A stretch of DNA of 63,106 bases, counting the filler, from Octopus bimaculoides (lineage: Eukaryota), in NCBI RefSeq assembly GCF_001194135.2. It is 5 parts of 4 records of this genome, joined end to end, with 100 filler letters (N's around TTAATTAATTAA, not from the genome) between each part and the next. Parts side by side here need not be neighbours in the genome. Positions count along the whole stretch, not along the records: positions 40,543 to 58,259 come from NC_068982.1; positions 58,360 to 60,613 come from NC_068989.1; positions 60,714 to 63,106 come from NC_068982.1; 2 more parts are not named here. One strand, written 5' to 3'. Made by a program: the position numbers and the translations under genes. This document shows positions 50,141 through 62,740 of the stretch, piece after piece (positions within the stretch are counted from its first letter, which is position 1; each line of letters begins with the position of its first letter). The notes beneath the pieces are model-generated. The model was given only the letters and a program-made list of their open reading frames with translations, did not search any database and was not told the DNA's origin.

Positions 50141-51830
50141 CCCTCTTCTCAACCCTGACCACACGCCTTAACTTGTCTCATAATCAGCCAACCAGCGAGG
50201 AGGTCACCGCTCCCTATGTAACCACCATGGGACTTCAGTACTGGCCTCAGTTTTTGGCATGTTCCTGCCAGCTTTGTCCTCTTGTCCATTACTGTTGGTT
50301 CCATCCTCCATCGCAGTGATGAGCCTTTGCACATCCAAAACATGTTGTGGCATGCCATCTATGGATACATTGTTCCTTGAATTCACAGAGGTTATTGTTC
50401 CGTTTTCCTACCATGATGTGAACCATGCATTTTGAGGCTTAACCCAGACTTCTCCAACCTGCACAAAGGCATGCTCCTTCTGTTCTGCGGGATGCGGCGA
50501 TGCAGTACATGGATGCCTCCACTCATACTTGAATATTGTCCTGTGTAACACAGACGCTTCAGCCTGTCCCGTTCTGGGCGACATATTATACCAAAAAAAC
50601 GGCCTCGACCGGTGAGATGTGCCCCCCCCCCCTGCTATGGTCTTGATGGTACAATGATGTCTCTCCACAACCCCATTGCCACTTGGCCTGTATGCTGCTC
50701 TGAAACGGCTGATATGCCCCTTATTGAGCATTTTCCCCAGCACCTCCAAGCGAAACACAGTGCCATTGTCCACTAGCAGCTCATCCACAGGGCCTCATTC
50801 TGGGAATACCTCATTTAGTATTCTTGTGATTTCCTCCCCGATCCCTGTTTTCATCTCCCTCCATATGGCCAACTGCCTGGTCTGCAGTCAACCATTGAGA
50901 GGTATGTCCCCTGCCGGTAGTGCATCACGTCCAGTGCCAGTCATTTCCAGTCGTGTTCCACTGGAATGCTTCCTGCCTCATGCACACCCGGAGCGGGGTC
51001 AATAGACTGGCACCTGTTGCAGCTCCTAACTACTCTTTGCACACTCTGCCTGGTCACATCAGAGTCAACTTTCCTGGCTTGGAACAGGGTCCTGTCCACC
51101 CCCATGTGATGCATGGTATGCAATCTCCTCAGTCACTCAGTCGACACACTGCAGCCACTTCTTGCTCCAGATCCTCTGGCACCTGCAGCCAGGCTTTCTT
51201 TAGTCTGGTCAGGACGTCTGCTCTATTCCTCTCTGAGGGCAGAAAAAACACACTCAGTCTCAGGCAAACTCGGCAGCTAGCTCGCCCAGGATTCCCAGAC
51301 GGTGTATTATCAGCATCTCTGCACTCACTTTGGTTTGCACCCTCTGCTTGCCTGTGATCACTGATCCCACCCATCTAAATACAGTGGCCAAATCGGTCCA
51401 GATCTCAATGGTACGCAGCCCCCACCTCGGGGCCAGGTTCAGCCCTTTCAGCATGACATAAAGCTCTGCCACATTGATGTGGTTGCAGTCATCCTTTTCC
51501 CTAAGCCAGGCCGCATCCTCCACCACGACACCTCCAATTTCCAGGACAACTCCTGTCGCTATGCTGCTGGCATCACACCACACAACCCCCTTCTTCAATT
51601 TGGGCACATACCAGTTCCCTCTTACTGGGGCCTCCACAGTCATCCTCTCCAAGACTTCTTGCATCATGGCAGTTGTCTTCTCGCCTACGTTATCACTCCA
51701 CCTCACTCCTTCAGCTTGCCTCTTGATGAAGTTGCATGCCATCCGGAGCCATCCTGCAATCAGGTAGTGTCCCAGCAGCTTCCCACACACAGAAAACAGT
51801 TCCTGCCCGTCTTTGAGCTCAGCTCTGGGA
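50141..51830 (-). mobile_element. Gypsy/Ty3 pol remnant: RNase H, integrase zinc finger and integrase core, frameshifted
   Basis: WCDASSIATG...INVAEL...WTD (RNase H); HHMGVDRT...CNRCQ (HHCC); VDNGTVF...YRPSGNGVVER (integrase). RNase H precedes integrase, as in Gypsy. Confidence 0.9.
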
Positions 51831-51869
51831 TCTCATTCCCTCTCCGAAACACCAGCATGCCAGCCTTGT

Positions 51870-51990
51870 CTCTCCATAGCTTGAGTCCCAGGGCTAAACT
51901 GATACTTCTTTTATCGACCCTGAAAGGTTGAAAGGCAAATTCAACCTCAGCAAAATTTGGACTTGGAATGTATAGACAGACGAAATGCCA
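51870..51990 (-). mobile_element. Family A SINE fragment at the Gypsy truncation point
   Basis: tttatcgaccctgaaaggttgaaaggcaaattcaacc core. Confidence 0.7.
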
Positions 51991-53019
51991 GTAATTAAAT
52001 AAATACATTTTTTAAAAACGAAGTGTTATTTTAATTAGTGGAAGCTAATTTCACAGAAGAGTTTTTTTTAAATGTATTTTATATTATCCCATCAAACTTG
52101 TACCTTCTTTTAAATTTTTGCATAGACAAAGCCAGGACAAAATTATTTTGAATCTTGGTATATCATAAATCCTATTTTGTGATTACTAATAACACAATAA
52201 CCTTCTCATATTCAAATCCCAACAAATAATTATTTAAATGTTTTTAAAATATTCATATTGTCTTCACTACAACTATTTCTCATCTTGTGGCCCATGAAGA
52301 GCCCGGAATATTAAACCTTCTGCCCAAGCCAACTCAATATATTTGCCTTCCACTTTCTGCCATCATTTTGTCTTTCATTCACCAAATTTTGTACTCATGG
52401 CTATTTCTCCCAATCTACAAATTCAACCTTCTTTAGTATCTTCCTAACCCAGACTTTTCCAAAAGCCATAGGTCTAGAGATACCCAAGAACAAACATTCA
52501 ACCAATTCATCGACCTCATTTGCGTTGGAAAATCTGCAATAGTTATATTTATATAACAGTTGCACACGGGAGAGAGAGAGAGAGAGAGAGCATACAGATA
52601 CCATGGGAGACAACTAAAATTTTCTGCTATTTAGAGTTGTCGTTCTTAACACCTACCACCTTTTGAATTTATTGGATCTAACATACTCAATCAGTTACTA
52701 TTTTACAATTAGTAGCCCGGATCCAATGACAGGCGAAGTTGTTCATTACACATTCATAAATTTTATGTAGTAGTTGTCTGAGACGCTATTTTTCTTTTAT
52801 TTAGATGTAAACATGGTTGTGAGATTAAACAGTTAACTTCCCAACCACATGGTTTTGAGTTTGGCCTAACTACATGGCACCTTGGACAGATGTCTTCTAC
52901 AGCCCTGGGACAACCTAAGCCTTGTAAGAAGATTACCTACTGGAGCTGATTCTAATAATGAATCTTAGATATGAACAAAATTATAATAAAAAACAGAACA
53001 AAACTATAACCTCCTCTAA

Positions 53020-53345
53020 AATATCGGTTTCAAATTTTGGCACAAGGTCAGCAACTTTGGGAGTGGGCATAAGTCAATTACATCGACCCCCAGCATTCAA
53101 CTGGTACTCCAAAAGGAGGAAAGGCAAAGTAGAGCTTGGTGGAATTTGAACTCAGAATACAATTTTGCAGGAAGATAATTAGTTGATATTATCAGTTCCA
53201 GTACTTAATTGATACTTATCTTATTGACCTTGAAAACATGAAAGACAAAGTTGACCTTGGTGGGATTTGGATTCAGACTGTAAGAAGTTGCAAGGAATAC
53301 TGCAAAGCATTTATTCCAATGCTCTGATAATTCTTCCAGCTCATC
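53020..53345 (-). mobile_element. Two tandem CpG-decayed family A SINE fragments
   Basis: aaggcaaagtagagcttggtggaatttgaactcagaa and aaagacaaagttgaccttggtgggatttggattcag. Confidence 0.7.
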
Positions 53346-53509
53346 ATCTTAATAATAAAGATAAAAACAACAGTGAAACAGCAACAATAACAACAATAAA
53401 AATAATAAAGTGTGGGCAAAATAAGATTGCTACAACAATACAGTGGAAATTTGGCAGGAAATTTGCATTTGCAAGCAAAGAAAAAAAAGCTATGACCTTT
53501 TTATCGGAA

Positions 53510-53890
53510 TAAAAATGTAAGTCCTCAAAAAATGGTGAATCAAAGTTGTTGTGGAACTTTCCTATACAACAGATCAGATACTGTAAACACTGACAAGAAG
53601 AAAAATCTATGTATTGTAATTGATGTGGAAATACCTTTTGACACCAGAATAAAAGGAAAAGAAAAAGAAAAAGTAGTGAATTATATCAGCCTAAAGTTTG
53701 AAATCCTCAAGTGCTGGTACAGAAAGCTTAACAACATTATGCTACTACTGGTTATTAATGGAGCATTGGGAATAGTGACTAAGAAATCCGAAAACAAACC
53801 TTGAAAAACTTGATCTCAACATGGGAATAGATGTAGTGCAGAAAATGTGTTGATTACATTCAGCAAGAAATATTTTAAATGTCTTCAATA
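53510..53890 (+). mobile_element. R4/Dong-type endonuclease C-terminal remnant
   Basis: KKKNLCIVIDVEIPFDTRIKGKEKEK...LKFEI...INGALGIV motif. Confidence 0.7.
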
Positions 53891-54310
53891 GGCACAGGCG
53901 TGGCCATGTGGTAAGAAGCTTGCTTCCCAACCACATAGTTTAGGGTTCAGTCTGACTGCATGGTACTTTGGGTAAATGTCTTCTACTATAGCCTAGGGTC
54001 AATCAAAGCCTTGTAAGTGGATTGGGTAGATGGAAACTGAAAGAAGCCTGTCATATATAAGTGTGTGTGTGTGTGCACACGTACATGTGTATTATTGTGT
54101 CTGTGCTTGTCCCTCCTCTCATCAATGCTTGACAACTAGTGTTGGTGTGTTAACATCTCTGTAACTTAGTGGTTTAGAAAAAAAGATCGATAGAATAAGT
54201 ACTAGACTTTAAAAATATTTATATATGTACTGGAGTCAATTCATTCAACTAAAAATTCTTGAAGGTGGTGCCCCAGCATGGCCGCTGTCTGAAACAAGTA
54301 AAAGATAAAA
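53890..54310 (+). mobile_element. Diverged family B SINE
   Basis: aggcacaggcgtggccatgtggtaag head to ctgaaacaagtaaaaga tail. Confidence 0.85.
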
Positions 54311-54589
54311 GAATATGTAAGGACAGATAGGAAGAGCAGAAAAAAAATGACTTTTCTTCAAAAGACAGAATATTCTTAGTCTGCTAGTTGTGGTTTTATA
54401 GGAAGCATAATTAAGGAAGGTAAAACAACTAATTCCATGAAACATTGTTTCATGGAACATAATAACTATGTTCTACACTAGTGGCTCTTGGAGTGCCTGA
54501 GGACACTCAGAGTCAATGAGAAGATAAACAGCTTTTCAGAAAACTAAATGGGAGTGTAGGAAGTAGAATTAATACACACAAATGAATCA

Positions 54590-55773
54590 TTAGGAAATGT
54601 GAAAATATGCAGGTGGATATTCCAGGGAGACTCACTGTCTACATTACTATCTATCATTGTATTAATCCTTCTGACAAGTATACTGGGAAAATCCAGGCCT
54701 GCCTATGAGTTTACCAAAACCAAGGTGAAAATAAATCACCTGTTTTATATGGAAAACTTCAAACTATATACAAAGAGTAAAAATGACCTGGAGTTCTAAT
54801 TCAGACAGTAAAAGAATTCAGCAAGGATACCAGAATGCAGTTTGGGTTAAATAAGTGCCCAATGTTAATAATGAAGAGCGGTTAAGGCGGCGAGCTGGCA
54901 GAAACGTTAGCACACCAGGCAAAATGCTTAGCGGTATTTTGTCTGTCTTTACGTTCTGAGTTCAAATTCCGCCAAGGTCGACTTTGCCTTTCATCCTTTC
55001 AGGGTCGATAAATTAAGTACCAGTTGCATACTGGGGTCGATTTACTCAACTGGCCCCCCCTCCCCAAAAATTTCAGGGCTTGTGCCTAGAGTAGAAAAGA
55101 ATAATGAAGAGAGGTTAGAAGATAAACTTTTATGATATAAAACTACTACAAGACAAAATCATTAGATTGCTATCTAATAAAGGGGGATACAAATATCTAG
55201 GGGTACTGCAAGATGCTACGATGATAGGAAGAGAAATGAAAGAGAAAATCTCTAAAGAGTGCAAGAGAAAAATTAGAAGATGCTTGGAACAAAATTGAAT
55301 GGAGGGAATATCATTAAAGCAATGAATACATGGACTATGCCAGTATTAAGATACTTTACACCATTTTGGAAATGGACAAAGATCAAGCTACAGAACTTGG
55401 ACAGAAGAACTCTACTCACAATGAACAATACACAGCATTCTAAAAGTAATACTGACAAACAATTTATCAAGTAAAGATGGAGGCAGAGGATTACTAAACA
55501 CAGAAAAGACTGTTTGTACTGCAATATTGGGATTGAAAAAATTATATTGTACAGAATGAAGAAAGAATACTATTGGCAGCTAGACATGTCGAAAAAGTTA
55601 CTGAAACAGCAAGAGGATTCAAGAGCAGAAGGAAGAACAACAAAGCAAGCAGGTGGAACGAAAATTGAATTACATGGTCAAGTCATGCAACAAACTGAGG
55701 GTGTTGAAAGTAAAGGATGTTGGCTATGGTTGACAAACAAAAACCTGAAATGAGAGACTGAAGTGGTAATTAT
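54590..55773 (+). mobile_element. Decayed R4/Dong-type RT fragment interrupted by a SINE
   Basis: IFQGDSLS, KINHLFYMENFKLY (YMDD-like), NIIKAMNTWTMPVLRY. Confidence 0.8.
54885..55099 (+). mobile_element. Family A SINE with 18-bp TSD
   Basis: aataatgaagagcggtta (54867-54884) and aataatgaagagaggtta (55100-55117), one mismatch. Confidence 0.92.
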
Positions 55774-58090
55774 AACCTTAGATGCTAAGAACCCTCCTAT
55801 TGGGTTACAGAAAGTAACCTTAGATGCAAAGAACCCTTCTAAGTATCTTAGCTGTCCTTAATAACTGTTTTCTGGAGCTGTACTAAACTGAGTTTTATGC
55901 CTATTTCCTTTATCCATCTGTTCAGATCTTTAGGGACAGTTCCCAATGAACCTATAACAACTGGGATACATTTTACCATCGCTTTCTATAGTCTCTGTAT
56001 TTCAATGGCTAGGTCCTGGTACATTGCTATTTTTTCTATACCTCTCATATTGATATTTTCATCATTTGGGATTGTAAAGTCAATTATCTAGCACTTTCTA
56101 TTCTCTTTATCTACTACTACCAAATCAGACCTTCTAGCTTCTATTACTCTGTCAGTCTGAATGTTAAAGTCCCACAACATCTTGTATTTCTTACTTTCTA
56201 GTACTTTACTAGGTTCATGTTCAGAACATTTATCAGTATGTTCAAGTCCTAGCTTTCTACATAGCTCCCACTGGATTACTCTACCTAGATTGTCATGACT
56301 TTTCTTGTATTCTTTCGGTGCCAGCATGCTACATTCACTTACTATATGAGTAACACTTTCCTCTTTTGCTTTGCATAATTTTCATTGGGAATCTACTTGG
56401 TTTTTGTCTATCTTGACGTTTATCCAATTAGTCCTTTATGCCTGATCTTGTGCAGCTACTAAGAAATTTTCTGTCTCCTTCTTCAGCTTTTCTTTCTGCA
56501 ACCATAACCATATCTCACTACTACTATTTGCTGCAACTATCTTTGGGAATCTACCATGCAACACCTTTTCCGGCCAGTCAGATAAGTTCTCTTCTTTTTT
56601 CTAGTTTTTAAGTTCGTTTGGGTTTTTGGCTTCCCTATGTCTTGCTGTGACTCTAGCAGCTTTTAATAAACTTTCTTCACTATTACCTACATAGGAGTCT
56701 ATATCTACTCTAGCTAACTCCACGCAGTCTTCTACTGATATTAACCCTACTCTGCCGTCATTTCTAGGTAGGCATAATCTTGCTACTCCTACCCTTGGAT
56801 GGAGTCCTCCATTCATATTGAATTCCTTCCTAGTTCTTCTGTCTAGCTTTGCTAATTCAGTTTTTGTCCAGTCTAAAAAAGTTGCTGAGTATCTAAGTAA
56901 TGATACTGCCCAAGTATTTACAGCCTTCACTAGATTCAGACCACTTAGCTTTGATTTCATTAGCTTCCTAACCCTTCTGATGTACTCCTTCTCAATTTTC
57001 GTTTTCGTTTCTGTAGACAGTACTCTGTCAGATTCTGATACTCCTATATACTTATAACTCTCTCCTCCTTTCAATAATTTTAATGTCTGGCCATCTGGTA
57101 ATTGAATACCTTCACTGTTGACTGCTTGTCCCCTTCTCATGACTAATATTGCGCACTTATCTATGCCAAATTCCATGCCTATATCTTTGCTGAAGAGTCT
57201 TACAGTCTGTATTAAGGAATCTATCTCATTTTCATTCTTACTAAAAAGCTTCAGATCATCCATATAGAGCAAATGGTTAATTTTGCCATTACTATTTCTG
57301 AACTGATACCCTGACTTTGCCTTCCTTAATACTAAACTGTGGGGGATCAAACACGAGACAAATATTAAAGGGGGCAACGAGTTCCCCTGGAAAATTCCTC
57401 TTTTGATATTAACTTTCCCTAATAGGGTGTCACCTGAGTATAGATCTACTTTCCATTCCTTCATGATACAGCTAATCAATTGTCTTATGTTGTCTGCAAT
57501 ACTGAATATACTCAAACATTCACTTATCCATGAGTGTGGGATCATGTCATAGGCTTTCCTATAATCTATCCAAGCTTTGTTAAATTTTTCTTTCTAGCTT
57601 TTACTTCATTTAGAACTGCTTTGTCTATGTATAATAGATCATGTGTTCCTCTAGCCTTCTTCCTGCAACCTTTCTGTTCTTCTGGCAGTAAATTCTGGTT
57701 GTCAAGGTGTTTATAGATGCTTTCTGAAAACATTCCTGTTAACAGCTTTCGCACTAATTGTAAGCAAGTGATTGGTCTATAGTTGTTAGTTGTATTACCC
57801 TTGCTCTTATCTTTCATAATGTGTATTGTCCTCCCTCTAGTCATCCAATCTGGCATTATTCCTCCATTGAGGCAATCCTGAAGTTGTTTCCTCAGCCTCC
57901 CATGTAAACTACTTTAGCCAGTATCCTCGAACTAAATCTGGTCTTGGGCCCTTCCAATTCGGCATTTTTCCTAACACTTTACTCAGTAACGCACCAGTTA
58001 ATCTTAGATCTGGCTGCATCTCACTCACCACTTCTTTCTTCACTTTCTTTAACCATGCTGCATCTCAATTATGATTGACTGGCTTATCCC
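55774..58090 (-). mobile_element. 5'-truncated R4/Dong-clade LINE: RT plus restriction-like endonuclease, frameshifted
   Basis: NYRPITCL, EEQKGC, RGIFQGNSL, INHLLYMDDLKLF, WDFNIQTDRVIEARRSDLVVVDK, PVVIGSLG; longest open piece 314 aa (56601-57545). Confidence 0.92.
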
Positions 58091-58259
58091 AAATATTACT
58101 CTAGAACTTTCTAGCTTCTGCATTTGGCACTGGCAACGATCTTGCTCAAATGTCTTTTCACGTGCCACTGGCACAAGTGCCAGGAAGGCGACATTGGTAA
58201 CGATCATCATCATCATCATCATCATCATCGTTTAACGATGAATATATATATACATACAT

Positions 58260-58359
58260 NNNNNNNNNNNNNNNNNNNNNNNNNNNNNNNNNNNNNNNNN
58301 NNNTTAATTAATTAANNNNNNNNNNNNNNNNNNNNNNNNNNNNNNNNNNNNNNNNNNNN
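58260..58359. other. Artificial scaffold linker
   Basis: N44-TTAATTAATTAA-N44. Confidence 0.85.
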
Positions 58360-58650
58360 TTATTGAGCGAAAACACCTAAAGCTCCACGAGGCTCAGGCA
58401 GGGAATGGTGGTGAACCCTGCTGTACTCTTCCACCACAACTTTCTCTCACTCTTACTTCCTGTTTCTGTTGTGCCTGTAATTCAAAGGGTCAGCCTTGTC
58501 ACACTGTCACGCTGAATATCCCCGAGAACTACGTTAAGGGTACACGTGTCTGTGGAGTGCTCAGCCACTTGCACGTTAATTTCACGAGCAGGCTGTTCCG
58601 TTGATCGGATCAACTGGGACCCTCGACGTCGTAAGCGACGGAGTGCCAAC
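58360..58650 (+). mobile_element. Repeat sharing the family C 3' half but with a different upstream segment
   Basis: 58475-58650 matches the family C tail; 58360-58470 does not match the family C head. Confidence 0.7.
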
Positions 58651-58814
58651 AATACATTCTGAGTCATTATTCGGTATTTTTATCTTTTCGTCAGTGTCTG
58701 ACTGCAGTCTAAAAGATTGTGTATAGCTGTTCATAAAGACATACTGGTTCACTTCGCTTCACAATTTCAATGGGAATATTTATTTTAAATGTTCTGAAGA
58801 AATAATGTATATAT

Positions 58815-58960
58815 GCGCAGGAGTAGCCGTGTGGTAAGAAGTTTGCTTCCCAACCACATGGTTCCGGGTTCAGTCAGACTGCGTGACACCTTGGGGAAGT
58901 GTCTTCTACTATAGCCTCAGGTCGATGCACCTACACGGTTCCACCGACTAAATTCTGCTC
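58815..58960 (+). mobile_element. Family B SINE 5' part
   Basis: gcgcaggagtagccgtgtggtaag head and ccttggggaagtgtcttctactatagcc. Confidence 0.8.
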
Positions 58961-59522
58961 ACAAGGTGTATGTTAGAGGCTATAGTAGATTGAATAAACT
59001 TGCTCAACATGTCACTCAGTGAAATCCGAACCGAAACCACACGGTTGCTAAACGATCTTCGTAGCCAATCAGCTAAATTTGATTGTTACTTATATATTCT
59101 GTCGACTCAAACGGAATTTGAATTCGTGGGAGCGTAAATTGTATGTGAGTATATATGCAAGTCATCCCGTCCGGCACTCTGCGCTTTTCTTCCACTCCAC
59201 CAAGTTCATCTTTGATGAAAATAATGTCTTAATTTATCATAAGGCTTGAATCAAAAAGTTTTTCGTTACTCAATGATAAGATCGTGTGATTCTGGTGAGC
59301 TTTCATCACAATCTATTCCGACGTTTTCTTCAATAAATAAAACATTACAGCATTTTTCCATATATAGACCTGACATTAAACATTTGTGGAGAGATTTCTC
59401 CGTTTTCCTTTTTTTTTATTTCTTTGTTTTTCTTTCTCTTTTCTTTTTTAGGAACAGATGAGAAATGATCACGTATTTGTCTTTCCGAAGGGTATTAATC
59501 GTGCATGTGATATGAATGTGCA

Positions 59523-59567
<45 letters not shown>

Positions 59568-60203
59568 NNNNNNNNNNNNNNNNNNNNNNNNNNNNNNNNN
59601 NNNNNNNNNNNNNNNNNNNNNNNNNNNNNNNNNNNNNNNNNNNNNNNNNNNNNNNNNNNNNNNNNNNNNNNNNNNNNNNNNNNNNNNNNNNNNNNNNNNN
59701 NNNNNNNNNNNNNNNNNNNNNNNNNNNNNNNNNNNNNNNNNNNNNNNNNNNNNNNNNNNNNNNNNNNNNNNNNNNNNNNNNNNNNNNNNNNNNNNNNNNN
59801 NNNNNNNNNNNNNNNNNNNNNNNNNNNNNNNNNNNNNNNNNNNNNNNNNNNNNNNNNNNNNNNNNNNNNNNNNNNNNNNNNNNNNNNNNNNNNNNNNNNN
59901 NNNNNNNNNNNNNNNNNNNNNNNNNNNNNNNNNNNNNNNNNNNNNNNNNNNNNNNNNNNNNNNNNNNNNNNNNNNNNNNNNNNNNNNNNNNNNNNNNNNN
60001 NNNNNNNNNNNNNNNNNNNNNNNNNNNNNNNNNNNNNNNNNNNNNNNNNNNNNNNNNNNNNNNNNNNNNNNNNNNNNNNNNNNNNNNNNNNNNNNNNNNN
60101 NNNNNNNNNNNNNNNNNNNNNNNNNNNNNNNNNNNNNNNNNNNNNNNNNNNNNNNNNNNNNNNNNNNNNNNNNNNNNNNNNNNNNNNNNNNNNNNNNNNN
60201 NNN

Positions 60204-60543
60204 GTGTGAGTGTGTAAATAAATGTTTAATGTAATAATGAAAATTTTTATTTATACGTACACACACATACTTATATATTGTTTTATATACATAAGTACAT
60301 ACATACATACGTACATACGTACATACGTACATACATACATACGTTCATACATACGTACATACATACATACATACGTACATACATACATACGTTCATACAT
60401 ACATACGTACATACATACATACGTACATACATACATACGTACACACATACATACGTTCATACATACATACGTACGTTACATGTGTACGTTTTGCGTAGGC
60501 AGTCTCACTATGAATTATTATATATGTGTGTTTGTGTAATTGA

Positions 60544-60613
<70 letters not shown>
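60204..60613. repeat. (TACA/TACG)n and (TG)n microsatellites
   Basis: Direct reading. Confidence 0.95.
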
Positions 60614-60713
60614 NNNNNNNNNNNNNNNNNNNNNNNNNNNNNNNNNNNNNNNNNNNNTTAATTAATTAANNNNNNNNNNNNNNNNNNNNNNNNNNNNNNN
60701 NNNNNNNNNNNNN
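60614..60713. other. Artificial scaffold linker
   Basis: N44-TTAATTAATTAA-N44. Confidence 0.85.
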
Positions 60714-60818
60714 TTTCTACTTTGCTTTTAAATAAAATAAAATAACATAAAAAAAAACAGATTGGTCTTTTGTTTTATATATGTATATTTTTTGTGTATG
60801 TGTATGTATGTATGTATG

Positions 60819-60858
<40 letters not shown>

Positions 60859-61129
60859 TAGAGAGAGAGAGTGTTTGTGATTGCATACATATATAAATAT
60901 ATATAAGTAGAATTATTAAAATATAAACTACAACCATTTTTGTTTACAAAATTCTAAAATGTTTCGAGAATCAAGTGATATTGTGGTAGTGTAGCATATT
61001 TGGAATATTATTTACTCAATAAATATAGCTATAAGAACAACATCATCATCATCATCATCACCAACACCAGCAACCACCACCACTGACTTCTTCTTCTTCT
61101 TCTTCTCCTCCTGCCCCTCCTCCTCTTAT

Positions 61130-62000
61130 GTCCACTATCTATGCTGGCATTTGTTGCACCAGTTGACAAGCTCAGAGTCCTTTTTTTTAACTCAGTCCGT
61201 TTGAAGCATCATGTCCTCATTTGTATGGTTCAAATTGTGGCACATCTGAAATTTGCCCTCCAAATACTCTACAGATTCTGCTATGAGCAATGAGTCATCC
61301 ACATACAAAATCTCATAGTGGCAACTGGTCTTGAGCCCCTCAGATTTAACTTGGAGCATTATGATAAACAGGAGAGGAATGAGAACTGAGCCCTGATGGA
61401 TCCCCTATCTGAAAACAAAATCCCTTATGGAACTCATTATTGACTCTGACCTTATTGACCACACCTCAGTACATGGCTTGTACGGCCATAACAAATCAAT
61501 TATTAATGTCTTGATTTCTCTGAGACTATCTTGTCATAGAGTGAAGGATCTTATCAAAATCCTTCTCCAGGCTAATGAATGCTTAGTATTTTATTCTTAA
61601 CTAAGAACTTCTTGGGAATGAGGAACACCATTTTTATGATACCTTTCAATTTGACAACAAAAGTAGGCTGTGTATAACTGATAGAACAAACATCTTTGTT
61701 GGATTGAAAAAACTGTTCTCACCTTGAGATCCAAGATCTTCACAAAATGTATGAATGTTGATAAGTTTCTGTTATCAAACTGGAAGGTGATCCCTTCACC
61801 AAGTTAGACATACAGTGCAACATCATTTAAGCCTTTCCTTCATTCAACTACCCCACTAGGAATAGCTTTTTTAGGTGACAATACAGAGTTAAAATGCATT
61901 AAACACTCAACGTTAAAGAAATTTTGTCTAATGTGTTAGAGAGACATAATCTAGATTTTATGAACAGAATTAACCCTCTTTCCTTTAGAATGTTTCTTAA
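61130..62000 (-). mobile_element. Heavily decayed RTE-clade LINE RT
   Basis: AFISLEKDFDKI, VQAMY, GIHQGSVLIPLLFII and LYVDDSLLIAES match RTE motifs AFVDLEKAFDRVP, GVHQGSVLSPLLF and LYADD. Confidence 0.75.
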
Positions 62001-62475
62001 CATATTTTTCTTGATTTTTCTTGTATTTCCTTATGGAATATCCATATTATATGAACCTGAATGATTGCACAGTACGCTACCCAAGCCCATCCAATTACTG
62101 CATTATCCAAGCATGAAACTTGAAGTGGCTCATGTATAACAATTTTATATGTATGTATGTGTATGTGTTGTTGTTTGTGTCTCCAGGTTTTGTAAAAGTT
62201 GTACATATGATGTCCTTTGTTTCCAATCTTCCATGAAAACACATCTAGTCACAAATGAGGTTTAGTGACAGGGAGGGCATCCATTGAAACAAAATTTACC
62301 GCATTGATTTCCCTAGGACCCATGCGAGTATCAAAATATGAACAGGAAAATAACGATGATGATGATGATGATGATGACATATCTATAAAACTCTGATTTA
62401 TATGATCCACTTAGTTACATTTCTGTAAAACCAGGCAATGTTGAAATTAATGGTTTAAAAAAATATACAACTCAC

Positions 62476-62553
62476 CTGATTTTTTTCATATGATATATTT
62501 CTAATGAATGTTTTTCTTTTTTTTTCTTGCAGCATCAAGTGGCTCCAATAACT
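62476..62553. CDS. Ambiguous exon: (-) 62535-62476 MLQEKKRKTFIRNISYEKNQ|GTGAGT, or (+) 21-nt microexon 62533-62553
   Basis: Minus: ATG, open frame and CAG|GTGAGT. Plus: long pyrimidine tract-CAG acceptor and GTGAGT donor. Strand cannot be resolved by eye. Confidence 0.3.
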
Positions 62554-62609
62554 GTGAGTACTCTTTTGGCATTGAGTAATAATCAACCATCATCTTATAT
62601 ATTAAATTA

Positions 62610-62640
<31 letters not shown>

Positions 62641-62740
62641 CTCACACAAATATAGGGTAAAAATTAATAATTAATTGATAATTAGTAATTTTACCAAGTA
62701 GTTTGGTGTGTTAAAAACCATTATCGGTAAATATATAAAC

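Noticed and set aside
52401-52533. Minus-strand exon after acceptor tattgcag
   Set aside because: All frames stop soon, with no donor and no recognisable homology.
59266-59361. 31-aa minus ORF MEKCCNVLFIEENVG... with a possible GTAACG donor
   Set aside because: Short, weak donor, on a 2-kb isolated piece; not supportable without transcripts.
668-60661. Long ORFs in the supplied track that span N runs or microsatellites (poly-X, HTHT, YIYI, IIII, CVCV)
   Set aside because: Artefacts of gaps and simple repeats; no coding signal.
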